Below, piece by piece: positions 1-11,780 of a DNA stretch of 37,472 nucleotides. Numbering within the stretch: position 1 is the first letter of the stretch; every line of letters begins with the position of its first letter. Source of the stretch: Chiloscyllium plagiosum (taxonomy: Eukaryota); assembly GCF_004010195.1 (NCBI RefSeq), contig NC_057758.1, positions 9,782,352-9,819,823 of the forward strand. The letters are read 5' to 3'. Below the pieces are notes generated by a model. The model had not been told where the DNA came from. It saw only the letters and a program-made list of their open reading frames with translations, and made no database searches. Position numbers and translations under genes: made by a program.

Positions 1-73
1 CCAACCTCAACTCGTCCACTTTCAGCCATATGTTTATCCAATGACCATTTAACTGCTCTTAAAGTTGGCGAGA
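1..73 (-). mobile_element. CR1-like LINE 3'-region fragment, cut by the window edge
   Basis: The reverse complement reads ...ccaactttaagagcagttaaatggtcattggataaacatatgg..., matching the CR1 ORF2 end/3'UTR seen at 4945-4990 and 20030-20075. Confidence 0.6.
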
Positions 74-134
74 CAACTATTTCGAGACTTAGAGAAAGGG
101 AGACCGGGAGAGAGAGAGATAGAGAGAGAACTTT

Positions 135-270
135 GATCGGAGGGGATTATTGGGTTAAGGGGGAGAAAAGGCAGGACAATGGAATTGAGGAAATTAGTTC
201 AACCATGTTCTCAGTGAAAGGCGAAGCAGACTTGATGGTCTCGAAGGTGTCCTTCTCCTCCTTGTGTTTT
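135..270 (+). mobile_element. Old CR1/L2-type LINE 3' tail fragment
   Basis: ggagaaaaggcaggacaatggaattgagg...caaccatg...ggcgaagcagacttgatgg resembles the 3' end at 9855-9960. Confidence 0.5.
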
Positions 271-300
271 GTCAGAGTTGACCAAAAATTCACATTTATT

Positions 301-817
301 AGTTATTAGGCCACATTTGGAGTACTGCGTGCAGTTCTGGTCGCCTCACTTTAGGAAAGATGTGGAAGCTTTGGAGAGGGTGCAGAGAAGATTTACCAGG
401 ATGTTGCCTGGAATGGAGAATAGGTCATACGAGGATAGGTTGAGAGTGCTAGGCCTTTTCTCATTGGAACGGCGAAGGATGAGGGGTGACTTGATAGAGG
501 TTTATAAGATGATCAGAGGGATAGATAGAATAGACAGTCAGAAACTTTTTCCCCGGGCGCAACAGAGTGTTACAAGGGGACATAAATTTAAGGTGAAGGG
601 TGGAAGGTATAGGGGAGATGTCAGGGGTGGGTTCTTTACCCAGAGAGTGGTGGGGGCATGGAATGCGCTGCCTGTGGGAGTGGCAGAGTCAGAATCTTTG
701 GTGACCTTTAAGCGGCAATTGGATAGTTACATGGATGGGTGCTTAAGCTAGGACAAATGTTCGGCACAACGTCGTGGGCCGAAGGGCCTGTTCTGTGCTG
801 TATTGTTCTATGTTCTA
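301..817 (+). mobile_element. 5'-truncated CR1 (HER1-like) LINE: ORF2 C-terminus, 3'UTR and (ctatgtt)n tail
   Basis: Translation IRPHLEYCVQFWSPH...ERVQRRFTRMLPG...RGDLIEVYK...FFTQRVVGAWNALP. It ends in the stem-loop gggccgaagggcct and the tail tgttctatgttcta. Confidence 0.92.
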
Positions 818-2129
818 ACAATTGAGTATTGTGGTAATGTGTGACTGGGAGTAGCATTCAATGAAGACTTTACTGGGCTGAGTAATTCCACAGCTCCACA
901 TTACTCCAGATACAGTGAAAGTCCTCTGGAGATTTTAAATGAGCGGATGTTTGCAAACCGGAAGGAAATGCAGGTTCTACTTGAAATCTTTATTATCAGT
1001 GGACCATTTAATATTTAACTTTAGGAACAGCAGCACATAATCATTCCATACTGCCAACCCTGAACAGCAAATCACTTCTATTCACACGTTTCATGCTGTA
1101 AACTCTTTCTGGTACTGATTAATCTCATTCTCCCAGCAATGTCCGGAGTTATGGATGCCGCAACTCATTACCTTGATGCAGCACATGAGACGAGTCAGCC
1201 GTTGGGATTGAGTTTTGCCTTTCTCTATGTGATTGAGTTTTTATGATATCAGTTGTCATCTACTATCTGCAGTCTCCCAGCAAGCGACTTGCAGCAATAT
1301 CCATTCACTCTTATCTTACTCCCGTCTACTCCCAAATATGACGACATGGAAAACTGAAACACATACTTGACCGTAATAACACAGCTAAGTATCCCAATTA
1401 TCAAATGTATCTGCAGTTAATAACGTAAGGAATAATGCACTGCTTTAATAGACGAGATAAGTCTATGATCATCTGGGCAGCGATGCCCATAAATTAGTGG
1501 TAAATCGATAGAATTATAGAAAGTGGTCATTCAGTCAAGCTGCCCAGAATCTGCTTTAAATGTTTTGCTGTATCGTTACATATTTTTATTTCTGTGTTCC
1601 TTTAGCCTTGTCCTGCTTTTAAAGTCAACTTTTCATTGTTGTTGAAGCTGTCTCATGATTTCCAGTCTCGAGTGAAAGAGATTATCATGTTTGCGATTGA
1701 ACTAATCGATATTTGTAAACCTCAAATCAGTTCCTGTTCCACACTGGCCAAATTAAAAGCTCTTAAAGTTTCAAACATCTCTCTGGCTACATTCCTCCCT
1801 TTGCTGTCAGCCATAGAATGAACTATCGTCTGTTCAAACTTTCCTGATGGATATTATCTCTCGATGTGTGCAACATCACTTTAAATAAAAACATTTTGCA
1901 TCATCACTAGCGTCTCAAGACCATCTTTATGATTGTGTCGGCCAGCGCTATCGACGCCTGTGGCATCGGTCAATCCTCAATTTGAAGAAAATGTGTGTTT
2001 TGAGTTGCTTTTTCTGACACGAATCTCCACGTGTGTTAACATGCGAACTCTGAACTCTCAATGTGTGTGGGAGCAGAGACCTGATGTTCCACGAGCTCGT
2101 GGTGCCTGGAAAGAAGGATGTTGTCAACT

Positions 2130-2850
2130 CTTTGCTTCCTCTCTGAAAGCTTCCCATCCATGTAACTATCCGAAAGGATTTTAATTGTTGCTACTGTACC
2201 TGCCTCAATGTAGCCCATTCCATATACGCAGCACTCTCTGCATGAAGCAGTGGCCCCTCAGGTCCTTCTTAAATCTTCCCCCTCTCACGTCAAGCCTCGT
2301 CTCTCGAGTTTCCAATTCCTCATCCCTGGGAAAAAAGAGATCATTCATCCTATCTATGCCCCTCTTTACTTTATATACCCCAATAAAGTCACCCCTCATT
2401 CTCGTACGTTCCAAAGAAGAAAGCCCTTTCCTGGCCAACCTCTACCTATAACTCAGGTTTACATTACATTACATTACAGTGTGGAAACAGGCCCTTCGGC
2501 CCAACAAGTCCACACCGACCCGCTGAAGCGCAACCCACCCATACCGCTACATTTACCCCTTACCTAACACTACGGGCAATTTAGCATGGCCAATTCACCT
2601 GACCTGCACATCTTTGTGACTGTGGGAGGAAACCGGAGCACCCAGAGGAAACCCACGCAGACACAGGGAGAATGTGCAAACTCCACACAGTCAGTCGCCT
2701 GAGGCAGGAATTGAACCTGGGTCTCTGGCGCTGTGAGGCAGCAGTGCTAACCACTGTGCCACCGTGCCGCCCAGGTCTACTGCTCCTGACAACATCCTCG
2801 TAACTCTTCTTTAAATTATTTCCAGTTTAACTATGCCTTTCTGTAACACT
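2130..2850 (-). mobile_element. Decayed CR1 3' fragment interrupted by a SINE
   Basis: Minus ORF 2205-2438 reads GLSSLERTRMRGDFIGVYK...FMQRVLRIWN. CR1 sequence resumes after the SINE (2777-2850, rc of ...aagagttacgaggatgttgtcagga). Confidence 0.8.
2460..2772 (-). mobile_element. Full-length tRNA-derived V-SINE (HE1 type)
   Basis: The minus strand starts GGGCGGCACGGTGGCACAGTGG, with box A at 2751-2761 and box B GGTTCAATTCC at 2707-2717. It has the V-domain GTGTGGAGTTTGCACATTCTCCC...GGTTTCCTCCCACAG, a CR1-like 3' end GGGCCGAAGGGCCTGTTTCCACACTG and a (TGTAA)n tail. TSD caggt[t/c]tac at 2454-2462 and 2772-2780. Confidence 0.95.
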
Positions 2851-2860
2851 TATGTAACAG

Positions 2861-4463
2861 TTGTTGTGGGTCTTCAAGAAAGGAAATACGGAAATCCCCG
2901 GCAATTACAGATCAGTCAGTCTCACATCTGTGGTCTGCAAGGTGTTAGAATGGATTCTGAGGGATACAATTTATGACCATCTGGAAGAGCATGGCTTGAT
3001 TAAATGCAGTCAACAAGGGCTTTGTGAGGGTCAGGTCATGCCTCACAAACTTTATCGAGTTCTTTGAGGATGTGACTAGAAAAGGTGATGAGGTTCGAGC
3101 TGTGGATATGGGGTGTAAATGGACTTCAGCAAGGCATATGATAAGGTTCCCCATTTTGGGCTCATTCAGAAGGTCAGGAGGAATGGGATACAGGGGACCT
3201 TAGCTCTCTGGATAAAGAATTGGCTGGCCAACAGAATACAGCGAGTGGTAGTAGAAGGAAAATATTCTGCCTGGAAGTCAGTGGTGAGTGGTGTTCCACA
3301 GGGATCTGTCCTTGGCCCTCTACTGTTTGTAATTTTTATTAATGACTTGGATGGGTCAGCAAGTTTGCAGATGACACAAAGGTTGGAGATGTCATTGACA
3401 GTATAGAGGGCTGTTGTAGGCTGCAGCGGGACATTGACAGGATGCAGACATGGGCTGAGTGATGGCAGATGGAGTTCAATCTGGATAAATACGAGGTGAT
3501 GCATTTTGGAAGGTCGAGTTTGAAAGCTCAGTACAGGATTAAGGATAGGATTCTTGGCAGTGTGGAGGAACAGAGGGATCTTGGGGTGCAGGTACATAGA
3601 TCCCTTAAAATGGCCACCCAAGTGGACAGGGTTGTTAAGAAAGCATATGGTGTTTTAGCTTTCATTATCAGGGGGAATGAGTTTAAGAGTCATGAGATCT
3701 GGTTGCAGCTCTATAAAACTTTGGTTAGACCGCACTTGGAATACTGCATCCAGTTCTGGTCGCCCTATTATAGGAAAGATGTGGATGCTTTGGAGAGGGT
3801 ACAGTGGAGGTTTACCAGGATGCTGCCTGGACTGGAGGGCTTATCTTATGAAGAGAGGTTGACTGAGCTCGGACTTTTTTCATTGGAGAAAAGGGGGAGG
3901 AGAGGGGACCTAATTGAGTTATACAAGATAATGAGAGGCATAGGTAGAGGCGATAGACAGAAACTTTTTCCCAGGGCATATTATAGGAAAGATGTGGATG
4001 CTTTGGAGAGGGTTCAGAGGAGGTTTACCAGGATGCTGCCTGGACTGGAGGGCTTATCTTATGAAGAGAGGTTGACTGAGCTCGGACTTTTTTCATTGGA
4101 GAAAAGGAGGAGGAGAGGGGACCTAATTGAGGTATACAAGATAATGAGAGGCGTAGACAGAGTTGATAGCCAGACACTATTTCCCAAGGCAGAATTGGCT
4201 AACACAAGGGGTCTTGGTTTAAGCTGGTTGGAGGAAAGTATAGAGGGGATGTCAGAAGTGGATTCTTTACACAGAGAGTTGTGAGAGCATGAAATGTGTT
4301 GCCAGCAGCAGTTGTGGAAGCAAGGTCATTGGGGACATTTAAGAGACTGCTGGGCATGCATATGGTCACAGAAATTTGAGGGTGCATACATGAGGATCAA
4401 TGGTCGGCACAACATCGTGGGCTGAAGGGCCTGGTCTGTGCTGTAATGTTCTATGTTCTATGT
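2861..4463 (+). mobile_element. 5'-truncated CR1 LINE (RT domain to 3' tail) with an internal 213-bp tandem duplication
   Basis: Motifs [40 protein letters not shown] and (K)FADDT across frameshifts. Tail tgttctatgttctatg. Confidence 0.93.
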
Positions 4464-4467
4464 AATC

Positions 4468-4608
4468 ATGTGTTGTAAATTCTGTGTCTTACAATCTTAT
4501 TCTCCACAATAAGATTGATGAAGGATCAATGCTCCGAAAACTAGTGCTTACAAATAAACCTGTTTTGGATTATAATCTGGTGTTGTGTGATTTTTATCTT
4601 TGTAAACC
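4468..4608 (+). mobile_element. Penelope-like element terminal fragment with a degenerate hammerhead motif
   Basis: TTGATGA-aggatcaatgctcc-GAAA-actag (4515-4544), followed by caaataaacctgt..ggattataatctggtgttgtgtgattttta, a PLE terminus recalled from shark genomes. Confidence 0.65.
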
Positions 4609-5047
4609 CATTACAAGGAGGATGTAGAAGCATTGGAGAAGGTGCAGATGAGATTTACTAGGATGTTGCCTGGTCTGGAAGAAAGGTTGAGGAATTTAGG
4701 TCTGCTTTCATGGAGAGAAGAAGGTTAAGAGGAGATTTGATAGAGACATACAAGATGATCAGAGGATTAGATAGGGTGGGCAGTGAGAGTCTTTTTCCTC
4801 TGATGATGATGTTGGCTTGTACAAGGGGGGGCATAGCTGCAAATTGAGGTGGTAATAGATTTAAGACAGATGTTTTAAGCAGGTTCTTTACTCAAACAGT
4901 AGTCAGGGCGTGAAATGCCCTGCCTGTCAATGTAGTTAACTCATCCACTTTAGGGGCATTTAAAGAGTCCTTGCATAAACATATGGATGATGATGGATTA
5001 GTGTTGGGGAATGGGCTTAGATTGGTTCACAGGTCAGCGCAACATCA
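4608..5047 (+). mobile_element. CR1 3' fragment
   Basis: aaggaggatgtagaagcattggagaaggtgcag...ttctttactcaa...ggtcagcgcaacatc, homologous to 350-775. Confidence 0.85.
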
Positions 5048-5059
5048 AGAACACTGCAA

Positions 5060-6565
5060 GAGGCTAGAGAAGAAACTGCAATTGTGGGAGGGGCGCGGCA
5101 CTGACTGATATTTTGCATCATTGTTAGCCACGGATGAGATCCCACTCGCCAGGAGGGTAGCAAATATTCTGCCATTATTGAAGAAGGGCTCCAAAGATAA
5201 ACCTGTGTTCTATGGACTATTAAGCCGAACATCTGTGGTGCGTAAGTTACTGGAGATGATTCTGAGGGATAACATATAAATGTTTTTGAAAAGACTGGGT
5301 CTGACTGGTGTAGTCAGTATGATTTGTGATCATGCCTCACAAATTTTTTACAGTACTTTGATGAAGTGACCAGGTGGTTTGACGAGAGCAGGGTGATAGA
5401 CACAATCTATACGGATTTCAGTTAGGCCTTTGGTAAATTTCCACACCATAGTGTGCTCTGGAAAGTTAGATCATATGGAAGCTAGTGTGAGCTATTAACT
5501 TGGATACAAAATTAGCCTGATGGTAAGAAGCAGAGGGTAATACTGGAAAGGAGCTTGTTAGACTGGAGGCCTGTGACAAGTGGAGTGCCTCGGTGGTCGA
5601 TACTGGCCCAATCACTGATTGTTATCTATATTAATGATTTGGATGAGAATGTACAAGGCATGCTTATAAGTTTGCCGATAACACAAAAATAGGTGGTATA
5701 ATGAACAGTGAGGAAGTTTATCAGAAATTGCGGTAGGACTGTGATCATCTCGGGAAATGGCAAATGGAGTTTAATACAGATAAGTTTGAAGTCATGCATT
5801 TTGGAAAGTTAAATCACCGTTGGAATTTCATTGTGAATGGTCAGGCCTTAAGTAGTGTAGTGGATCAGAGGAATCTTGGAGTTCGGGTTAACAGTTCCCT
5901 GAAAGTGGAGTCACAAGTTGACAAGGAAGGGAAGAAGACTTTTAGCACACTGGCCTTCATCAGTCAGGGCATTGCGTACAGATGTTGGGACGTTATGTGA
6001 CAGTTGTACAGGAAGTTGGTGAGGCCGCACTTGGAGTATTGTGTTCAGCTTTGGTCACCTTGCTATAGGAAGTATTTTATTAAACTGGAAAGAGTGCAGA
6101 AGAAATTTACAAGGATGTTGTTTGGACTTAATGGCCCGAATTATAGGGAGAGATTGGACAAGTTAGGACTCTTTTCTTTAGAGCATAGGTGACTGAGGGC
6201 GAATCTTCTACAGGTGTATAAGATCATGAGAGGCATCGATAAGGTGAATGCATGCTTTTTCCCAGGGTTGGGGAATCGAGGACTAGAGGGTATCAGTTTA
6301 AGGTTACAGGGAAAGAATAAAAGGGAACTTGAGGGGCAACATTTTTACACAGAGGCTGGTACACATATAGAATGAGCTGCCATCAAAAGTGGATGAGGCG
6401 GGTATATTATCAACATTTAAAAGGCGTTTGGACAGCACATGGATGGGAAAGCATTAGAAGGATATGTGCGAAATGCAGGGAAATGGGGTTAGTGTTGACA
6501 GACATTTTGTTCGGTTTGGACAAAAGGCCTGCGTCCGTGCTGTAGCCTCTATGGCTCTATGACTG
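5060..6565 (+). mobile_element. Decayed CR1 LINE, RT to 3' tail (ctatgact)n
   Basis: ORFs MEFNTDKFEVMHFG... and LVRPHLEYCVQLWSP...; the tail is ctctatggctctatgact. Confidence 0.9.
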
Positions 6566-6754
6566 TCAGTAAAAAGCATATACCTGCTGTTAAGAAACGT
6601 CTATGTGATTTTTTTTCTGTCAAAGACTATCACTTTATCTTCGATATTGTCAATAAAATATATGCTCAGACAGAGCACATTTTATTCTAGGATCTATCCT
6701 CTCCAGAAATGCTTTTTGCTAGAATCATAACACAACATAGTTATAGAGTCACGA

Positions 6755-7045
6755 AGATTTAAAGCACAGGAGATCACATTTTTAAGGTGAGATGAGAGAG
6801 CATTAAATAAGAAAAAAGACAGAAGGTCAGATTCATGACCGATTCATTCACGCGTGGAATGAGCTGGCTAAGAAAGTAATGGATTGGGGCATGGTTAAAA
6901 TGTTTAAAAGACATTCAGCTAAGTACCGGAGTAGAAAATGTTTGGAGGGATATGGTCCAATGCAGGCAGATGGAAAGAACTTAGTTTGGGATTATGTTTG
7001 GCAAGAGGTATTTAGACTGAAAGGTCTGTTTCTGTACAATATGAT
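6755..7045 (+). mobile_element. CR1 3'-end fragment
   Basis: tttaaggtgaga...tggaatgagctg...ggagggatatggtccaatgcaggcagatgg...gactgaaaggtctgtttctgtac. Confidence 0.7.
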
Positions 7046-7249
7046 TCGATGGCACGATGTACATATTTCAATTCCAATTATTTTGATGGCAGGGGTCATG
7101 AAGAAAGAATTTTCAAACAAATTGGTACTGACTGCCAAAGGACAGTTGATTTGTGATGAAGTGCATAACTACTATAATTTGGTCATGTGGGAGATATCAT
7201 ATTACCTTTTCAAGGCGTATCTTCCAAACTCCCCAGTTTGAGGAAATTT

Positions 7250-7900
7250 CAATCATATTTTCATAAAGAAGTTGTAGGATTATGCAAAGCTTTTTTTGGG
7301 ATCAAAGTCCTCAGAGTGCCACCTAAAGAGCCTGTGGAATTATACAAGCATACGCTCCAAGAAGTTGATAATGGCAAGAATGACAACCAGACAGTGACAG
7401 CAATACAAAATGTTGATATAATATCAATCGTTCACTTCGAATTAACTTGGAGTGCTGCGTTCATAATCACATTCCTATGCTATGAAAATAAACTTGAACA
7501 ATTTAAGAATGCATACTATTACGTTCTGACGGTTTTATTTCTTTCACCATTCATCCTTAAATTCACCCCTCAGGCTCCAACACTCCAGACAATAAAAGCC
7601 CCAGCCTGGAAGTTTTGGCTGAATTTATTTAATCACTGGCTTTCAGAAAGTATTTCCTCAGAAAATAGGAGAAAGCTTCTGGTGAGGATTCGAGCGATGA
7701 TCTCCCCAGTGATATGAATTGGGACATTCCATAGTCGTTTCCACATCCCACCTGTCTCCTTTCTTGAAGACAGTGACAATAGCAGCATCCTTGAGATTAG
7801 CAGAGAATTGTACATTGTCCCAGATATTCATGAACGGTTAGTGGAGATGATGGGGATGCTTTGCTTCTCCAAGTTTGAAAATCACTGTTTGAATCATGTG
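7250..7900 (-). mobile_element. Highly decayed RTE-clade LINE RT fragment
   Basis: Minus-strand peptides LKDAAIVTVFKKGDR, ITGEIIARILTRSFLLFSEEILSESQ (RTE motif GKILARILLNRL...LPESQCGF) and IILQLLYENM near 7255-7285. Confidence 0.65.
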
Positions 7901-8004
7901 TACCCCTGCGGCTTTTACATTCTTCTTATATCGAATGGCGGCTTCAACTTCTGCCACACTCAGTGTGTTTCAAGATCATGTACGGGAGATGGGAAATTCC
8001 CTGA

Positions 8005-8525
8005 AACACATAAAGAAAAGATGCTGTTACACTTGAAAGGGTTCAGAAAAGGTGTTCAAGGATGTTGCCAGGAGTGGAGGGTTTGGCGTTATAGGGACAG
8101 GCTGAACAGGTTGGGGCTTTTTTTTTGCCTGGGGCTTTGGAGCCTGAGGGGTGAACATTAGAGGTTAATACACCATGAATGGCAGAGATAAGGTGAATAG
8201 CCAAGGTCTTATTCCCAACGTGGGTAAATTCAAAGCCAGTGGTTTAAGGCGAGAGGGGGATGATTTAAAAGGGGCCTGAAGGGCAAAAGTTTCACGTAGA
8301 GGGTTGTGCAGGCAAGGAGATACCTGCCAGAGGACAGGTGTGGAGGCTGGTTCAGTGACAATCTTTGAAAGGTATGTGAATGCATACACAAATAAAACAT
8401 GTTCAAAGGGATACGAGCTAAAAGCTGGTAAATGGGATTAGATCAGTTTAGGATATCTGGTCGGCGGGGACCAGTTGGACTGAAGGATATGGTTCGATGC
8501 TTTATAAGTCTATAACTTTATGACT
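8005..8525 (+). mobile_element. CR1 3' fragment
   Basis: ttgaaagggttcagaaaa...aggatgttgccagga...ctgaggggtga...; the tail is tctataactttatgact. Confidence 0.85.
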
Positions 8526-9067
8526 GGATAGTTAGTTATTCTCTTTGCAGAACTCTCTATTTTCTTCCGTATCTGGGGTTTATCCATTTAATTCATCCTA
8601 GTCCTACAATGAGCATGGATTCTTTGATTATATTGCCTTATCTGAAATCTCAGTGTTCATTTAAAATTCTGTCTCTGTAACCTGCCTATTTGTAGTCTGA
8701 AGGTAATTAAACACTGCTTTTCATGAAGTTGCTAACTGCACCATCCCCCTGGACATGCAGCTTTAGAATGTTTATTGGGAAAATTGAGACACAAAATAGT
8801 GCTGCTCCATTTGGACTGATTTACTGCGATTCTATTTGCACAACATTTAAAGTGGAATCCTTCTCCCCCACATATCATATGTACTACACAAATCTCAGCT
8901 TTATATCTGTGGTGTGACACACTTTGAAACATGTAAATTTCATTTAATTCATCTACCCTGAATAAAAGAAACATGGATGCGACAGCCTCGTTGTGTGTTC
9001 TCGAAATTATTAACCCAGAGACCACAGTATATGCACAGGAAATCTGTCGTCCATAGATAACACAGAG

Positions 9068-9960
9068 AGATGGGGGACATATAGTGTTGTGGAAGCAGGG
9101 AGGCTGCAGAAGCATTTAGACATGCTAGACCAGTGGGCAAATAATTGGCGGAAGAAACGCAAGTTTAAGGTTAAAGTCTTTGATAAGAAGAATAAAGTTG
9201 TCAACTATTTTCTAAGAAGGGAATGTAATCTGAAGCAGATAGGGACTTGAGAGTCCTAGTTCAGAATTTTTTAAGATTAATATGTAGGTTCAGTTGGTGG
9301 TTAGGAAGTCAAACGTAATACTTGCAGTCATTTCAAGACAACTACATTATCAGAGCAGAGATGTACTGCTGAGGCTGAGCAAGGCTCAGGCCAGACCGCA
9401 TTTGGAGTATTGTGAAAAGTTTTGAACACCACATCGAAGGGAAGATGTTCTGGCATTGCAAGGGTTCCGGAGGAATAATCTGGGTGATGAATGGTTTTGT
9501 CATATGAAGAGCAGTTGAGGTTGCTGAATCTGCTTGATGGACTTTAGAAGAATGTGGGGATGGGGTAGGTGGAAGAGGTGGATCAGGGTTGATTAAAACT
9601 TACAAAAAATTGACGTACCTTGATACAGTCGATGTGGAGAAGATATTGTCACTAGTAAGACCGACTAGGATCTGAGAACAAAGATACAGGTTGAAGGGAT
9701 GGCCTTTCGAACTGAGATAAGGAGGGTTTTTTCTGCTAAATAGTTGTTAATCTATTGAAGTCAATGCTGCAGAAGGGTGTAGAGGCTAAGTCATTAAGTG
9801 CATTTAAGATAGAAATAGATGAGTTGGCCACGAGTAAGGAGATCAAAGATTACTGGGAGAAGACATGGTAGTGAGAAGCAGGTCAGCCATGGTTAAACGG
9901 CAGAGCACACTCAATGGGCCGAATTGCCTAATCCTGCTATGATATCTTATAGTCTTATCT
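9068..9960 (+). mobile_element. Decayed CR1/L2-type LINE 3' part
   Basis: agaccgcatttggagtattgtg (RPHLEYC). The 3' end is cagccatgg...gggccgaattgcctaatcctgct...cttatagtcttat. Confidence 0.8.
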
Positions 9961-9964
9961 GCTT

Positions 9965-11780
9965 TGGCGTGCATGTAACTCTAAATCCAAAGTATGTGGT
10001 TCACTTTTAAGTGCCCACTGAAATGGCACAGCAATTCAACCAGTTGAACTAACCTCAACAAAGCCGGGAAAAAAAACTAAATTGTACCAGATGGCATCAA
10101 CATAGGAACTGGAAATGACAATGACAAGAAATAGCCCTGTTGACCCTCAAAGTCCTCCTTACTAACATCTGGAGGGTAATGAAAAATGGGCAGAACTGTC
10201 TCACAGACTAGTCAGGCAATAGCCTGGCATAATCCTATTCACAGAATCATATGTTACAATATCCCAGCCATCACCACTACTATCCCTGTATATATCTTGT
10301 CCCACTGACAGGATAGACCTAGCAGACATGAGGCACAGCAGAATGCTGTCGGGATGGAGTTGCTTTGGGAGTCCTCAATATTGACTCCAACCCCCATGAA
10401 TTCTAATTTGTTCAGTTTCCACATGTGCAAGGAAAGACCCTGGCGATTACCACGTTCCACCCTCCTTCAGCCAATTAATCAGTACTGGTCCATGTTTCAT
10501 ACCACTTGGAGCAAGCACAGACGATTGTAAGAGTGCAGAATTTGCTCTTAGTGGAGCATTTCAATTCCCAAGGTGAATTGCAGCAGCACGACTGATTCAG
10601 GATAAAAAAGATAAAAAAGATAAAAGGGTGGTGAAGGAACCATGACTGAGGAAAAATCATACTCGACCTCATTCTCGCCAATCTGTCTGTCACAGATATA
10701 TCTTTTATTAATATCATCGCTGAATGTTCACCACACAAGCCTTGTGAAGAAGAAATTATATCTTCAGGTTAAAAATACCTTATGTAAAGTAAGATGTGAC
10801 ATAATCACCATGCTAAATGGAACAGATTCTGAACAGATCTAGTTACTCAAAACTGAGCATTCATAAGGTGCTGTGATCAATCAACAGCCACAGAATCCTG
10901 TACGAATTGCAATCTGCTAATTTATGGTCTGCTACATCCCATCATGCTTTTACTACTCTTAAGAAAGTGGATCAACCCTTCTTCAAAGAATAGTGGAGGA
11001 GGTCATGCGAGGTGGAGCAGCAGGTACACTTAAGCATGAGATAACAATCGGTGAAGGTAAAAACAAGACCACTTGCGGGCCAAAAGACCTAGGTGGCAAG
11101 TGATAGACAGAGATTAGGATTCCCACAACCAACAGAATGGATATAAATTCGGCCAACCGGCCACATCTAGTCGTGAATGGCAATGGAACATTAACAAAAT
11201 ATGAGGAATAGGATATTCCACAAACATTCTCGTCCTCGATGACGTGAAAAACCAGCACATTAGTGCAAAAGCATTTGCAACCACCTTTAGCCAGATGTGT
11301 TGAGTGGATTACCCATACAAGCCAGTGCAGATGATTGCAGTATCACAGATGCAAGCCTTCAATAATTTAATTCACTCCATCAGGTATCAAGAAACATTTG
11401 GAGGCAATAGCCACTATAAAGGCCTAAGGCCCTGACGATATAGTGGAAATAGTCCTGAAGACTTGTGCTGCAGAAACTACTGCACCCCTTGCCAAGTTAC
11501 ATCATTACTGCCACAACATTTGGATTAATGTTGAAAATTGCCCAGGAATGGCTTGTACACGGAAAGCAGAAATGAAAGAAGAAGGGCCACTGGACTCAAA
11601 CTATAATTTTTGCTTTGTCATCATACATACTGCTAGACCTGCTAATTTTTTTACCAGCAATTTTTGTTTTTGTTTCAAGTCCAGCCCAGCCAGTTACTAT
11701 CCCATTATTACACTCTCAAACATCATTGAAGTGATGGAAGGTGTCATCAACTTTATGATCAAGCAACTCTTGCTCAGAAG
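9965..11780 (+). mobile_element. Decayed 5' half (APE endonuclease to start of RT) of a second CR1/L2-clade LINE family with a SINE-like leader
   Basis: Endonuclease-like segment ...cacagactagtcaggcaatagcctggcataatcctattcacagaatca (Q.P.I..FTES). RT entry aaggccctgacg...VLKTCAAETTAPLAKL...PASYYPIITLSNIIEVMEGVIN. Confidence 0.7.
11576..11676 (+). mobile_element. Short PLE terminal insert nested in the LINE
   Basis: gaagaagggccactggactcaaac...ctgctagacctgct...ccagcaatttttgtttttgtt aligns with 37080-37172 and interrupts the LINE RT sequence. Confidence 0.6.

Noticed and set aside
820..2050. Non-repetitive stretch as possible exon or regulatory DNA
   Set aside because: No convincing ORF, splice pair or motif cluster could be recognised by eye.
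2700..2772. tRNA gene
   Set aside because: The A and B boxes continue into a SINE body and tail with a TSD, so this is a SINE head.
7187..7717. 176-aa ORF as a host gene
   Set aside because: It has a non-ATG start, no recognisable domain, and lies antisense to a decayed RTE element.
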